A program made the translations under genes and the position numbers. The notes under the pieces are model-generated. The model was not told where the DNA came from, made no database searches, and saw only the letters and a list, made by a program, of their open reading frames with translations. This document shows, piece by piece, positions 16,241 to 23,677 of a stretch of 24,103 bases of DNA. Every line of letters starts with the position of its first letter. Position 1 is the first letter of the stretch. Source of the stretch: a virus (taxonomy: Duplodnaviria; Caudoviricetes); the IMG/VR virus record IMGVR_UViG_3300023283_000204, positions 1 through 24,103 of that record; one strand, written 5' to 3'.

Positions 16241-18298
16241 TCACCTGGCCGGTAGAATCATGCAGTCGCACCCCTGATGTAGGGGCGGGTGTCCAATGTC
16301 GGTTCGCGTCTTCAACGTCGACGGCTCGTCTCCCTCTATATTGATCTCGTCACCTTCTCCCAGGAACGTGCCCTGGATGTCCACGACCTTGCCCTCCAAG
16401 CTCTGACACAGCGGGCAGTTTTCTGTGCCGACGTTTCGCCAGATCAGAGCCGTCACGCCACCCGCTGCGAACGCGAAACGTGCAGAAGCGTTGGACAGGC
16501 GATGGACCTCTTCGGTCGCCACTTTGGCGGGTCTCGGAACGATGTCGCTCTCTCCTCGGCCCTCCCACTCTTCCAGTCTCTGCTCGATCGCCTCGGGGGC
16601 TGTCCGATCTTCGTTGCGCGACTTGCGAGCCACGTCCTGGAGCTGTCGACGAGAAGAGGCCGACTCTCGCACCGCAAACTTGTCGGTGTATTCGTCGGCG
16701 AACGACTGTACTCGCTCTTCGTCGATCGACGTGTCGACCCGATCCGCAGATTCAGAAGCCACGGCCTGCGTAAGACTGCGGAATACCGGACGCATCACCG
16801 ACCGGACAAACGCCGGGTGGTCGTTGCGGTAGAACCGCTCCAGCTCGTTGAGCAGCCGCTCCAGGTTGTCGGCAGGCACCTGTTTCAGCAACTCGCTGAC
16901 GTTGCGGACTTCACCCCGTATCAGCTGCTCCGCCTTGTCTTGTAACATCGGCGAAAAAGCGCGAATCAACCGCTTACGTGCGGCCACGAGACTCGCCTCG
17001 CCCGGACTTCCGGGAATGGTCTGCCGCCGCTCCATTTCCACCGGCTCCGCTTCGGCGGCGAGCAGTCGGGCCCGCTGATCGATGCTCAACCCCTTCGCCT
17101 GCTGGAGCGGGATCATGTTGAGCGGAATGAACGGCATGTCACCGCCGGGAACCGGGTTGTCGTTTTCGAGCGCTCGGATCTCGTTGGGCGTGATCGAGCC
17201 CGTCTGCATCCGCGCCTGATAGAACTCGGCCCGCGCCTGGCTGTCACCCCGCAAAAGGCCCTCGACAACGTGTTCGGCGAAAAGGTTTTCTTCACCTTCG
17301 CCAAACAGCTGCATCGTGATGCGCGACTCGATCCGACGGAGCCAGGGTAGCATTGTGTACATGACAAATTCGAGCGACTGCATCTCGATGTTCGAGAACG
17401 TCGCATCGCTCATATCCCCGATCAGATGCGGCTGGATGTTCAGGATCTGGGCGGCCTTTCGGTCGTCCAGACGGCGAGCTTCGACGAGCTGGCTTCGCTC
17501 GGGGTCTGTAGTGATCTGCTTCCACTTGAGCCCCTCCTCGAGCAACGCCAATCGATGTTGCTGGTCCAGGCCGCTGTAAATCGTGTCGGCGTCCTCTCGA
17601 AGCCGCTCATACGCTTTGTCGGAAAGACTCTTGTCCGTCTCCAACACACCCGACGGGGCCGCTCCCTGGCCGAAAAACTTGGCGGCGAACCTCTCCGTTG
17701 CGAGGCCAAGACCGATCGTCTCCTTGTGAAGGTCGACTAGCGACTCGCCGATCAGGCCGCCCGTGGCAAAGCCGGGGATTCTCAACATCTGGTCGGAGGT
17801 AAAATCGACTTCCAACGCCCGACCGTTTCGGTTGAAGCGGCGCGGCAAGCGCACCTTGAACACCAGGTCGTCACCCACGTCCCGTTTGATGCGAACGCGA
17901 TCTGGATTGATCGGCCACAACTCTCGAACCCGACCTCTCCGGTCCGTCACGATCTCCGTATAGCTGACCCCGAACAAGATGATGTGCGCAATCAGCATCT
18001 CGCGGTATTCGAGTGCGGTCATCTCCGGATTGGCGGCCCGGTTGATGGCATTGAACACCGGATGCGATCGCTTCGGCTCTTTGCCGCCGTCATCTTGACG
18101 CTCAAACACGGGCAGCGGGAGCATGGCGGCGATCGACGAGATCCGGCGCACACCCGCCGAGAGCGCTGTCCATTCCAGGGCGTTGTTGGTCGAAACGGGC
18201 ACACTAGAAGAGGTCCGCCTCCGGCTGCCTGTAAAAGCGTTGACGACCGCATCGGACGGGTCTGTCAGCGACCTGCGCTCCATGACTCTCGTCAGCAT
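16241..18298 (-). CDS. HK97-family portal protein fused to a MuF/SPP1-gp7-like minor head domain (685 aa)
   Basis: Portal motifs (ANPEMTA, LWPINPDRV, FF-x-x-GA-x-PSGVL, LEEGLKW, TFSNIE, LLRGD, TPNEIRALEN) followed by ATEE...W...CPLC...HPPLHQGCDC, the C-terminal MuF/gp7 signature. Confidence 0.92.
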   Translation of the reverse strand: MLTRVMERRSLTDPSDAVVNAFTGSRRRTSSSVPVSTNNALEWTALSAGVRRISSIAAMLPLPVFERQDDGGKEPKRSHPVFNAINRAANPEMTALEYREMLIAHIILFGVSYTEIVTDRRGRVRELWPINPDRVRIKRDVGDDLVFKVRLPRRFNRNGRALEVDFTSDQMLRIPGFATGGLIGESLVDLHKETIGLGLATERFAAKFFGQGAAPSGVLETDKSLSDKAYERLREDADTIYSGLDQQHRLALLEEGLKWKQITTDPERSQLVEARRLDDRKAAQILNIQPHLIGDMSDATFSNIEMQSLEFVMYTMLPWLRRIESRITMQLFGEGEENLFAEHVVEGLLRGDSQARAEFYQARMQTGSITPNEIRALENDNPVPGGDMPFIPLNMIPLQQAKGLSIDQRARLLAAEAEPVEMERRQTIPGSPGEASLVAARKRLIRAFSPMLQDKAEQLIRGEVRNVSELLKQVPADNLERLLNELERFYRNDHPAFVRSVMRPVFRSLTQAVASESADRVDTSIDEERVQSFADEYTDKFAVRESASSRRQLQDVARKSRNEDRTAPEAIEQRLEEWEGRGESDIVPRPAKVATEEVHRLSNASARFAFAAGGVTALIWRNVGTENCPLCQSLEGKVVDIQGTFLGEGDEINIEGDEPSTLKTRTDIGHPPLHQGCDCMILPAR

Positions 18299-18516
18299 CA
18301 CTTATCCTCTAGCCGCGGCAGGCCGAAGGCCCCAATCAACCCGAGCGTCAGACCAACCGCTATATATCCCCCGGGGGTCCACCACTCAGACACCCCATAT
18401 GCGAACAGAAACAGGCCGCCGTAAACATGGAAGTCTCGAACGAGACCCGGAACGGCACCGCGCAGCCACGTCCAGCCTCGGTTCACCTGTCGCCTGATCG
18501 GCCCCAAGAAGCCCAT
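18298..18516 (-). CDS. Small membrane protein between TerL and portal (72 aa)
   Basis: Two hydrophobic stretches (VYGGLFLFAYGV; GGYIAVGLTLGLIGAFGL); abuts both neighbours. Confidence 0.72.
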   Translation of the reverse strand: MGFLGPIRRQVNRGWTWLRGAVPGLVRDFHVYGGLFLFAYGVSEWWTPGGYIAVGLTLGLIGAFGLPRLEDK

Positions 18517-20184
18517 TCAGACCCCCACCGTCCGGATGCCATGCCCTTCATAGATGCTTTGGGTCGAACCCTCGTGTCTCATCGCACGATCAAGGCCCAT
18601 CAACATCGCCACTACCGGGTCGATCTTGGCGTCCGGTGTGTCCTTGACCGGTCTCTTGCGGTCGGGGTCGGGCTGCTTGAGTGCGACGTTGCGCACCGCC
18701 CACGTGAGTACCGGATTGCCGCGGTGACGGATCTTCGGCCCACCCCTTTCGGGGTCGAGCAGAATGCGTCGTTCGAACTCGTCGCAGGGCGACGTCATCT
18801 GGGAATAGGTGGTCCGCATCGCGGCCACCTCGATGTCGTGATCTTCCGCCAATTCGACCATCAGCTGATGGCCCTGGAACTGCGTGTCGACCCCCATGTC
18901 GACGAGCCCAAATTTCACTGCATCTCGGGCCACTTGTTCTCGAACCGACCAGTAGTCGACCGCGTTGCCCGTCGTCACTTCTAGCCACCCCTCACTCGCC
19001 CACTGCCGGTATCGGTCTGCGTGCCGGTTTTCCGAGTGGTCCAGGTGTGACTCCGGACACCAAACCCGGCAGATAGCCCGCACCAGTTCTGCGTCGGAGT
19101 GGTCTGGAAACAACATCACCCACGCCGTCAGATCAGAGACACTCCCGATGTCCAGTCCGCCATATGACGGCCCTCCCGCCAGCTCGCTTAGATCGAAGTC
19201 TTCCCGGCAACCGTCCCACACCTCAGGATCGATCCACTGATTGACCGACCGCGTCCAGATGCCTAGTTGCCACTGCCTGAACGCATTCAATTTTGATGGT
19301 TGACGACGAGCCCGCTCTGCCATGCTGGTCAGCTTGTCCATGCCGACCGTGATAGGTACGCCGGGGTTAGCTCGCATCCAGTCGCTCTGATCGCCGATCC
19401 CGTCGAGTTCGCCCTCGGTTCCATAGACGACCCCCAAGAACGATGGATCATCGAACTCACCGTCGTTTAGGCCAATCGCATACTCGCGCTGCTGATAACA
19501 GATCGACTCACGGTCGTAGCCCGAATTCGTGATCGCGAGCATCACGGGCTCCCGCCATGCGCCCATCGAGTCTTCGATCGTATCCCACAGTTCCCTGTCG
19601 GGCTGCTGGTGGAGTTCGTCGAAGGCGACCGCATACGGGTTCCACCCGTGGTGTCCCGCCGCCTTGCGAGTCACGGGCTCATAGGAGGCAGACGTTTCTG
19701 GGTTCTTGATCGACCAGTTGCCCTGGTAGTCGGTGATCTCAAGGTGACGCGCAAGCCAGTCGGCACTCTTGATCATCTCGACAGCAATCCGCCATACGAC
19801 CATCGCCTGCTTGTGTTTGTAGGCCGCCGAATACAGCTCGGCTCCCGGCGGCGAATCCGGCCCCAGAAGATACAACATGACAGCAGCCGCCCACGAAGAT
19901 TTCCCAGACTTCTTCGGCATCTCTATGTATGCTGTCCTGTACTTGCGACGCCCACCCTCCACGTTTCCGAACAGGTGTCGCGTCACCTTCTCCTGCCACG
20001 GCAGCCAGCTGTCACCAAGTGTCTGGCCGCGTTCCGCCCATTCGCCCTTCGTGTGAGGACATGCCTGGATGAACTTGAGGGCTCGCTTGGCTGCGTCGGT
20101 ATCGGGGGCATCATTCCAGTCAGCCGGTGCCGACAAAGGCTGATCGCGGGGACCCTCAACCGGATCTGCGAGAAGCCCACCCAT
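18517..20184 (-). CDS. terL: Terminase large subunit (HK97/cos type)
   Basis: HTKGEWA, LPWQ, Walker A MPKKSGKS, Walker B VAFDELH, ITNSG, ANP, GGLDIGSVSDLTA, KIDPVVAM nuclease motif. Confidence 0.97.
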   Translation of the reverse strand: MGGLLADPVEGPRDQPLSAPADWNDAPDTDAAKRALKFIQACPHTKGEWAERGQTLGDSWLPWQEKVTRHLFGNVEGGRRKYRTAYIEMPKKSGKSSWAAAVMLYLLGPDSPPGAELYSAAYKHKQAMVVWRIAVEMIKSADWLARHLEITDYQGNWSIKNPETSASYEPVTRKAAGHHGWNPYAVAFDELHQQPDRELWDTIEDSMGAWREPVMLAITNSGYDRESICYQQREYAIGLNDGEFDDPSFLGVVYGTEGELDGIGDQSDWMRANPGVPITVGMDKLTSMAERARRQPSKLNAFRQWQLGIWTRSVNQWIDPEVWDGCREDFDLSELAGGPSYGGLDIGSVSDLTAWVMLFPDHSDAELVRAICRVWCPESHLDHSENRHADRYRQWASEGWLEVTTGNAVDYWSVREQVARDAVKFGLVDMGVDTQFQGHQLMVELAEDHDIEVAAMRTTYSQMTSPCDEFERRILLDPERGGPKIRHRGNPVLTWAVRNVALKQPDPDRKRPVKDTPDAKIDPVVAMLMGLDRAMRHEGSTQSIYEGHGIRTVGV

Positions 20185-20721
20185 CTACGTCCACGCCCCA
20201 GACCACGGGTCGTCCTCGTCCTCCGAGTCGGCCTGGCCTTCCAGCTTCAACGCTTCAGAGACCAACTTACGAAGTTCGCCCACAGAGACCCTGTAGTCTG
20301 TACCAAAGCTCTTGAGCTTTGACGCTGACGGGTTCGTCTTGTCCTCCCCACGTCGACCCTGCACCCGCGAGCCCACTTTCTTTACGTCTTGGTAGCAGAT
20401 CTCCTCAGCCTCATAAAACTTCGCTATGTGCTCGAGCAAAAACAGGCCACCGCGGTCTCTTACATACTCGAGCACCCCGACCTGAACCATCGCCTCTACA
20501 TGACGATTCCACTCGTATCGTGCGATCTTCCCGAGATTGTCGGGCGGCTCGGGCCCAGCAACTCGCGCGTCTTGATGGGCCGACAACCAGCAACGTCCGT
20601 CTTCGCCCGCTGGGTTCTTGCACGGACTCCCGTCCGACGTCTCGGCACCGCACAGGTCGAGATCGGCAGTGTTGACGACCGAAAGGCCTCGCCGGGACAT
20701 CTCTGCTGCCGCCTGGGTCAT
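20185..20721 (-). CDS. terS: Terminase small subunit with N-terminal Cys/His (HGGxSTG-like) module
   Basis: Directly upstream of TerL; P27-like PEPPDNLGKIARYEW...K-x-NP; N-terminal CGAETSDGSPCKNPAGEDGRCWLSAH. Confidence 0.8.
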   Translation of the reverse strand: MTQAAAEMSRRGLSVVNTADLDLCGAETSDGSPCKNPAGEDGRCWLSAHQDARVAGPEPPDNLGKIARYEWNRHVEAMVQVGVLEYVRDRGGLFLLEHIAKFYEAEEICYQDVKKVGSRVQGRRGEDKTNPSASKLKSFGTDYRVSVGELRKLVSEALKLEGQADSEDEDDPWSGAWT

Positions 20722-20729
20722 TTCACAAC

Positions 20730-20866
20730 CATCCTTCCTCTGTACAAAAGATCACTGCGGCGCCGGTAAACGGGGCGAAAGCTCCAGCGATTGACCCCCC
20801 TCCCCCTGCATTTTTTGCACACCCGGGCCGCGCTGGCTCGACGGGTCGACCGCCCCACCGCGCCGA
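20730..20866 (-). other. Putative cos / packaging initiation region
   Basis: Non-coding gap between HNH and terS with minus-strand G-rich GGGGGAGGGGGGTCAATCGCTGGAGC...ACCGGCGCCGCAGTGATCTTTT, the position and flavour typical of HK97-like cos regions. The exact cut site cannot be read from sequence. Confidence 0.55.
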
Positions 20867-21226
20867 CTATGTCTGACGCTCACCGGCGGTCTTCCTGCGG
20901 TGACACGGGCCACAGAGTGACTGGAGATTATCGAAGTCGAGTCGGTCCCCACCACGCGATAGCGGCTGAATGTGATCCACCTCGCTAGCCACCTCGACGA
21001 CACCTTTGCCCTCACATCTCTCGCAGAGAGGCATTCGTCGAAGATACTGACGCCTGACCCGCCGCCACTTCCGGTCGTAGCCACGCTCGGCTGCTGAAGG
21101 GCGACGGTCGTTGGCTCGCTTCCGCTTCCCATCATGTTCCTCATGGAGTTCACAGAAAGACCCCGGTGGAGTGATGGCAGGGCAGCCGGGCGAGCGGCAC
21201 GCGGTTCCAGGTACACTAGGTGACAT
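20867..21226 (-). CDS. HNH endonuclease, HK97 gp74-like terminase cofactor
   Basis: CRSPGC...FCELH, SAAERGYDRKWRRVR...PLCERC...VDHIQP...GG...NLQSLCGPCHRRKT; adjacent to terS. Confidence 0.94.
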   Translation of the reverse strand: MSPSVPGTACRSPGCPAITPPGSFCELHEEHDGKRKRANDRRPSAAERGYDRKWRRVRRQYLRRMPLCERCEGKGVVEVASEVDHIQPLSRGGDRLDFDNLQSLCGPCHRRKTAGERQT

Positions 21227-21230
21227 CGGT

Positions 21231-21875
21231 TCACGCCCGGTAGCCGTAGCGGTCCATGACGGGTCGCAGTAGCGGCATTACAGTCTCCAGCTCGCGAGCA
21301 TCCAGATTCTGCCGTCGACCAACCTTTGGCCGGGTCGGATCGATGGGCGCCTTCATGTCTTCATGGTAGTCAATGTCGACATGGTCACAGATCCGCGTGA
21401 GCTGATCTGCGGGACCTTTCACCAGGTCTTCGAGTCGTACGGTTAGCGATCGTTGTGGTGCGTTTTCGTGCACCCACCGTATGCGTCTCGCGTTTTGTTT
21501 CACGTTCGTCCCCCAATAGGTACCCGGGCTTCGTTCCGATTGGAGGGCGTCCAGGACATCGAGTGGGTGACGGATCATGTGTATGAGTCGTGGAACACCG
21601 AACTGTGCATCGAGCAGATGTGCACCAAAAATCGATTCCGGACTGTCGTCTACATAGATCCTCCCGCCGGCGTTGAAAATCACCTCGTTCACCCTGTCGA
21701 TCGCAAAGTAGCGGTCGTCAAAGCCCGGTCGATCGGTCTGGAACGTCCACAGCCAGTGGAGCTCGTCGGCCTGGCTGGATACTTCCGGGTGTCGCCATAG
21801 ACATCGCTTGGCCACCGATGTTCCGCACTTACCTGTGCCGCCAATGAAGGTCGGGCGAGGCTGTCGGTCAGCCAT
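21231..21875 (-). CDS. Sulfotransferase-family protein (Sulfotransfer_3-like), 214 aa
   Basis: FIGGTGKCGTS (5'-PSB loop), DDSP, IHMIRHPLDV (3'-PB), VRLEDLVKGP...LTRICDHV, KVGR, MDRYGY. ATG 21875 preferred over GTG 21899. Confidence 0.82.
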   Translation of the reverse strand: MADRQPRPTFIGGTGKCGTSVAKRCLWRHPEVSSQADELHWLWTFQTDRPGFDDRYFAIDRVNEVIFNAGGRIYVDDSPESIFGAHLLDAQFGVPRLIHMIRHPLDVLDALQSERSPGTYWGTNVKQNARRIRWVHENAPQRSLTVRLEDLVKGPADQLTRICDHVDIDYHEDMKAPIDPTRPKVGRRQNLDARELETVMPLLRPVMDRYGYRA

Positions 21876-21899
21876 CCGAGTCACCAGAGACGTGTTCAC

Positions 21900-22109
21900 T
21901 CATAACGCCACCTCCTCGAACTCGACGCCGTCAGCGAGCGCCTCGTTGTCCTGTCGTCCCTGACGATCGACCCGTGCGATGTAGCGGTGGACCTGGCAGT
22001 CGGGATGCGTGTGCTGGACAAGCGTCCGGCAGGCGCCACGCTCGACGACGACCGGCCGGTGATAGGCCACCTCGCCGCACGCGGGACATCTGGGGTAGAC
22101 CAGCTTCAC
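21900..22109 (-). CDS. Small putative Zn-binding protein (69 aa)
   Basis: GGGAG RBS then GTG 22109: MKLVYPRCPACGEVAY...QHTHPDCQVH... Confidence 0.6.
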   Translation of the reverse strand: MKLVYPRCPACGEVAYHRPVVVERGACRTLVQHTHPDCQVHRYIARVDRQGRQDNEALADGVEFEEVAL

Positions 22110-22120
22110 GCTTGGCTCCC

Positions 22121-22182
22121 ATACAGAGAAGCGGGGCGGAGGCCACACCTCTCGGTGCGACTTCCGCCCCGTCTGGCGGAGT
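22121..22182 (-). terminator. Terminator/antiterminator-like hairpin pair in the leader of the packaging operon
   Basis: CGGGGCGGA-a-GTCGCACC-GAGA-GGTGTGGC-c-TCCGCCCCG followed by CTTCTCTGTAT; upstream TCCGCC (22175-22180) can pair alternatively with GGCGGA. Confidence 0.55.
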
Positions 22183-22199
22183 TTGGGCTGTCTCCCGTC

Positions 22200-22229
22200 A
22201 ATCTACCCGGGTCGGCGCATGAAGGTCAA
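22200..22229 (-). promoter_or_regulatory. Putative sigma70-type (late) promoter
   Basis: TTGACC-18 nt-TAGATT preceded by TAAAA, in an intergenic gap. Confidence 0.6.
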
Positions 22230-22265
22230 TTTTAGGGCCGGGTACCGATGGTGCCTCTCCCGCTT

Positions 22266-22700
22266 TTACACGTCAGCCGTCGCCGGGTTTGGGGTTGCTC
22301 GCACCGCCGTCAAGGCCGCGCGAGAGATCACTTCGGGGAAGGTGCTTCCATACGCCTGAAAAACCTCTCCGTTGTCATTCTTCCAGCCCATCCTGCAGTG
22401 CGGGCCGTCGTTGAGAAGTTGGAGCCGGAAGAGGATCGGAACGCCGTATCGATGCCCTCCCTTTTCGAGGATCTTCCACGCGGCGGCGATGTTCGTGTGG
22501 AAATAGGGCACTGCGTTCGGGTCGCCGCCCCTGTCGTCGTCAGTCAGGCGGAATTGGTATGCGAACGGGCTCACGCCGACAATCCGGTACCTGTGTCGGT
22601 GGTCCTCGTCCCGACGCACGTCGAGGCCGAACACTTCCCTCGCGATCGCCGCGTCCAGCTCTCGACCCTTGGGGCGTTCGTCTTTCGGTCGTTCACTCAT
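22266..22700 (-). CDS. Phage ABA-sandwich domain protein (144 aa)
   Basis: GRELDAAIAREVFG...PYFHTNIAAAWKILEK...STFPEVISRAALTAV matches the phage ABA sandwich (BC1872-like) pattern; start at the ATGAGTGA overlap. Confidence 0.75.
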   Translation of the reverse strand: MSERPKDERPKGRELDAAIAREVFGLDVRRDEDHRHRYRIVGVSPFAYQFRLTDDDRGGDPNAVPYFHTNIAAAWKILEKGGHRYGVPILFRLQLLNDGPHCRMGWKNDNGEVFQAYGSTFPEVISRAALTAVRATPNPATADV

Positions 22701-22944
22701 CGGTGAGTTTCTCTGTGTCCACAACGGAGAAAATCAACCATGAGCACAGGCCAAACCATACCAGCAGGAATGTCCAGCCCATACCCAGTGTCAGAGCGTA
22801 AACCGGCCACATGATTGGACCGAGAAACACCACCAAAAACAGGACCGCTGCCAGCTTTCCCAGAACCCCCGTAACCCTTGCACCCATATCTATCATCAGT
22901 TCAACAAAATGGCGCAGCTCCCGGATGATCATCCGTTCACTCAT
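22693..22944 (-). CDS. Small membrane protein (83 aa, two hydrophobic segments)
   Basis: MSERMIIRELRHF...LAAVLFLVVFLGPIMWPVYAL...WTFLLVWFGLCSWLIFSVV; 8-nt overlaps at both ends. Confidence 0.7.
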   Translation of the reverse strand: MSERMIIRELRHFVELMIDMGARVTGVLGKLAAVLFLVVFLGPIMWPVYALTLGMGWTFLLVWFGLCSWLIFSVVDTEKLTDE

Positions 22945-23179
22945 CAGCGTCAGCCCCAGGCTCTTCTCCGCCGACCCGCCCGTCAAGGAAATCCGCCGCC
23001 CGCGCGAACGCTTCATCATCTATGGGCACCTTCCCATCGAATCCTAGACGCTCGGGCTCATGACGAAGAATATCTAGAATGATCAGGGCGGGGTTGTTGC
23101 TCACTTTATACTCTCCATCACGGGGGTCGTAGACAAGCTTGCCACGTATGTCCGCTTTGATCTTCGGTCGTTCACTCAT
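22937..23179 (-). CDS. 80-aa stand-alone homologue of the tail-tip (gpJ) core motif
   Basis: GGGAG-rich RBS and ATG 23179; PKIKADIRGKLVYDPRDGEYKVSNNPALIILDIL shares 21/34 identities with the tail-tip segment starting at 3730. Confidence 0.8.
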   Translation of the reverse strand: MSERPKIKADIRGKLVYDPRDGEYKVSNNPALIILDILRHEPERLGFDGKVPIDDEAFARAADFLDGRVGGEEPGADADE

Positions 23180-23285
23180 CGTTCGCTCCCTCCCTCTCCC
23201 GCACCGTCCGCTCCTCGATCCGCTCGTAGCTGGTCCACCGGGCTTGACACTGCTCGCAGTCTCGCCAGCTAGGAAACCCGGACAA
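23172..23285 (-). CDS. 37-aa ORF resembling the second half of an NrdR-type zinc ribbon (not in ORF track)
   Basis: GGGAGG-6 nt-TTG; MSGFPSWRDCEQCQARWTSYERIEERTVREREGANDE*; stop overlaps the next ATG by the same ATGAGTGA junction. Confidence 0.5.
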   Translation of the reverse strand: MSGFPSWRDCEQCQARWTSYERIEERTVREREGANDE

Positions 23286-23676
23286 GCTTTCCCTCCCACC
23301 GGGTACGCTGGTGATGGTCGCACCTTTCGCCGATTTCTTCCACCTCTAGTTTACAGGGCCTTCTCTGCGTCTTCGCCCACCCGCCCGAATCACCGCACGT
23401 TGGATGGTCGGTTCTCCGTTTCCATTTCCGGTAATAGACCAACTTCTTGAGCTGGCGGCGCTCCGCAGAGCGCTGGCGCAGTAGGTTGTGGCGGTCCTGG
23501 TGGCACGGCCGGCAGAGCCACTCAACGTCCAGGGGGCGGTCATAGTCTTTGTGGTGTCCCTCTATGTCGTGCTCCGATGAGCCACACCCTGAGCAGCTAT
23601 CTGGCCTCGTCATATCCCCTCTTTCAATCGCCCTTGCGACCTTGCGGTGTGCCGCACGTCGTGTCGTGTTCGCCAC
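23269..23676 (-). CDS. HNH-like Zn-binding protein with C-terminal Cys/His module
   Basis: RAIERG...RPDSCSGCG...IEGHHKDYDRPLDVEWLCRPCH (common phage HNH-like family), then TCGDSGGWAKTQRRPC...GERCDHH. Confidence 0.8.
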   Translation of the reverse strand: MANTTRRAAHRKVARAIERGDMTRPDSCSGCGSSEHDIEGHHKDYDRPLDVEWLCRPCHQDRHNLLRQRSAERRQLKKLVYYRKWKRRTDHPTCGDSGGWAKTQRRPCKLEVEEIGERCDHHQRTRWEGKLVRVS

Positions 23677-23677
23677 C

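Noticed and set aside
18298-18516. Holin call for the small membrane proteins (also 22693-22944)
   Set aside because: No adjacent endolysin; small hydrophobic ORFs between TerL and portal are common and of unknown function.
22937-23179. Tail-tip mimic as a diversity-generating retroelement template repeat
   Set aside because: Differences from 3512-3730 are not adenine-specific, DNA identity is modest, and no reverse transcriptase is in the window.
22684-23181. CRISPR array from the 12-19 bp repeats
   Set aside because: Repeats are ~240 bp apart, coincide with gene junctions, and no cas genes are present.
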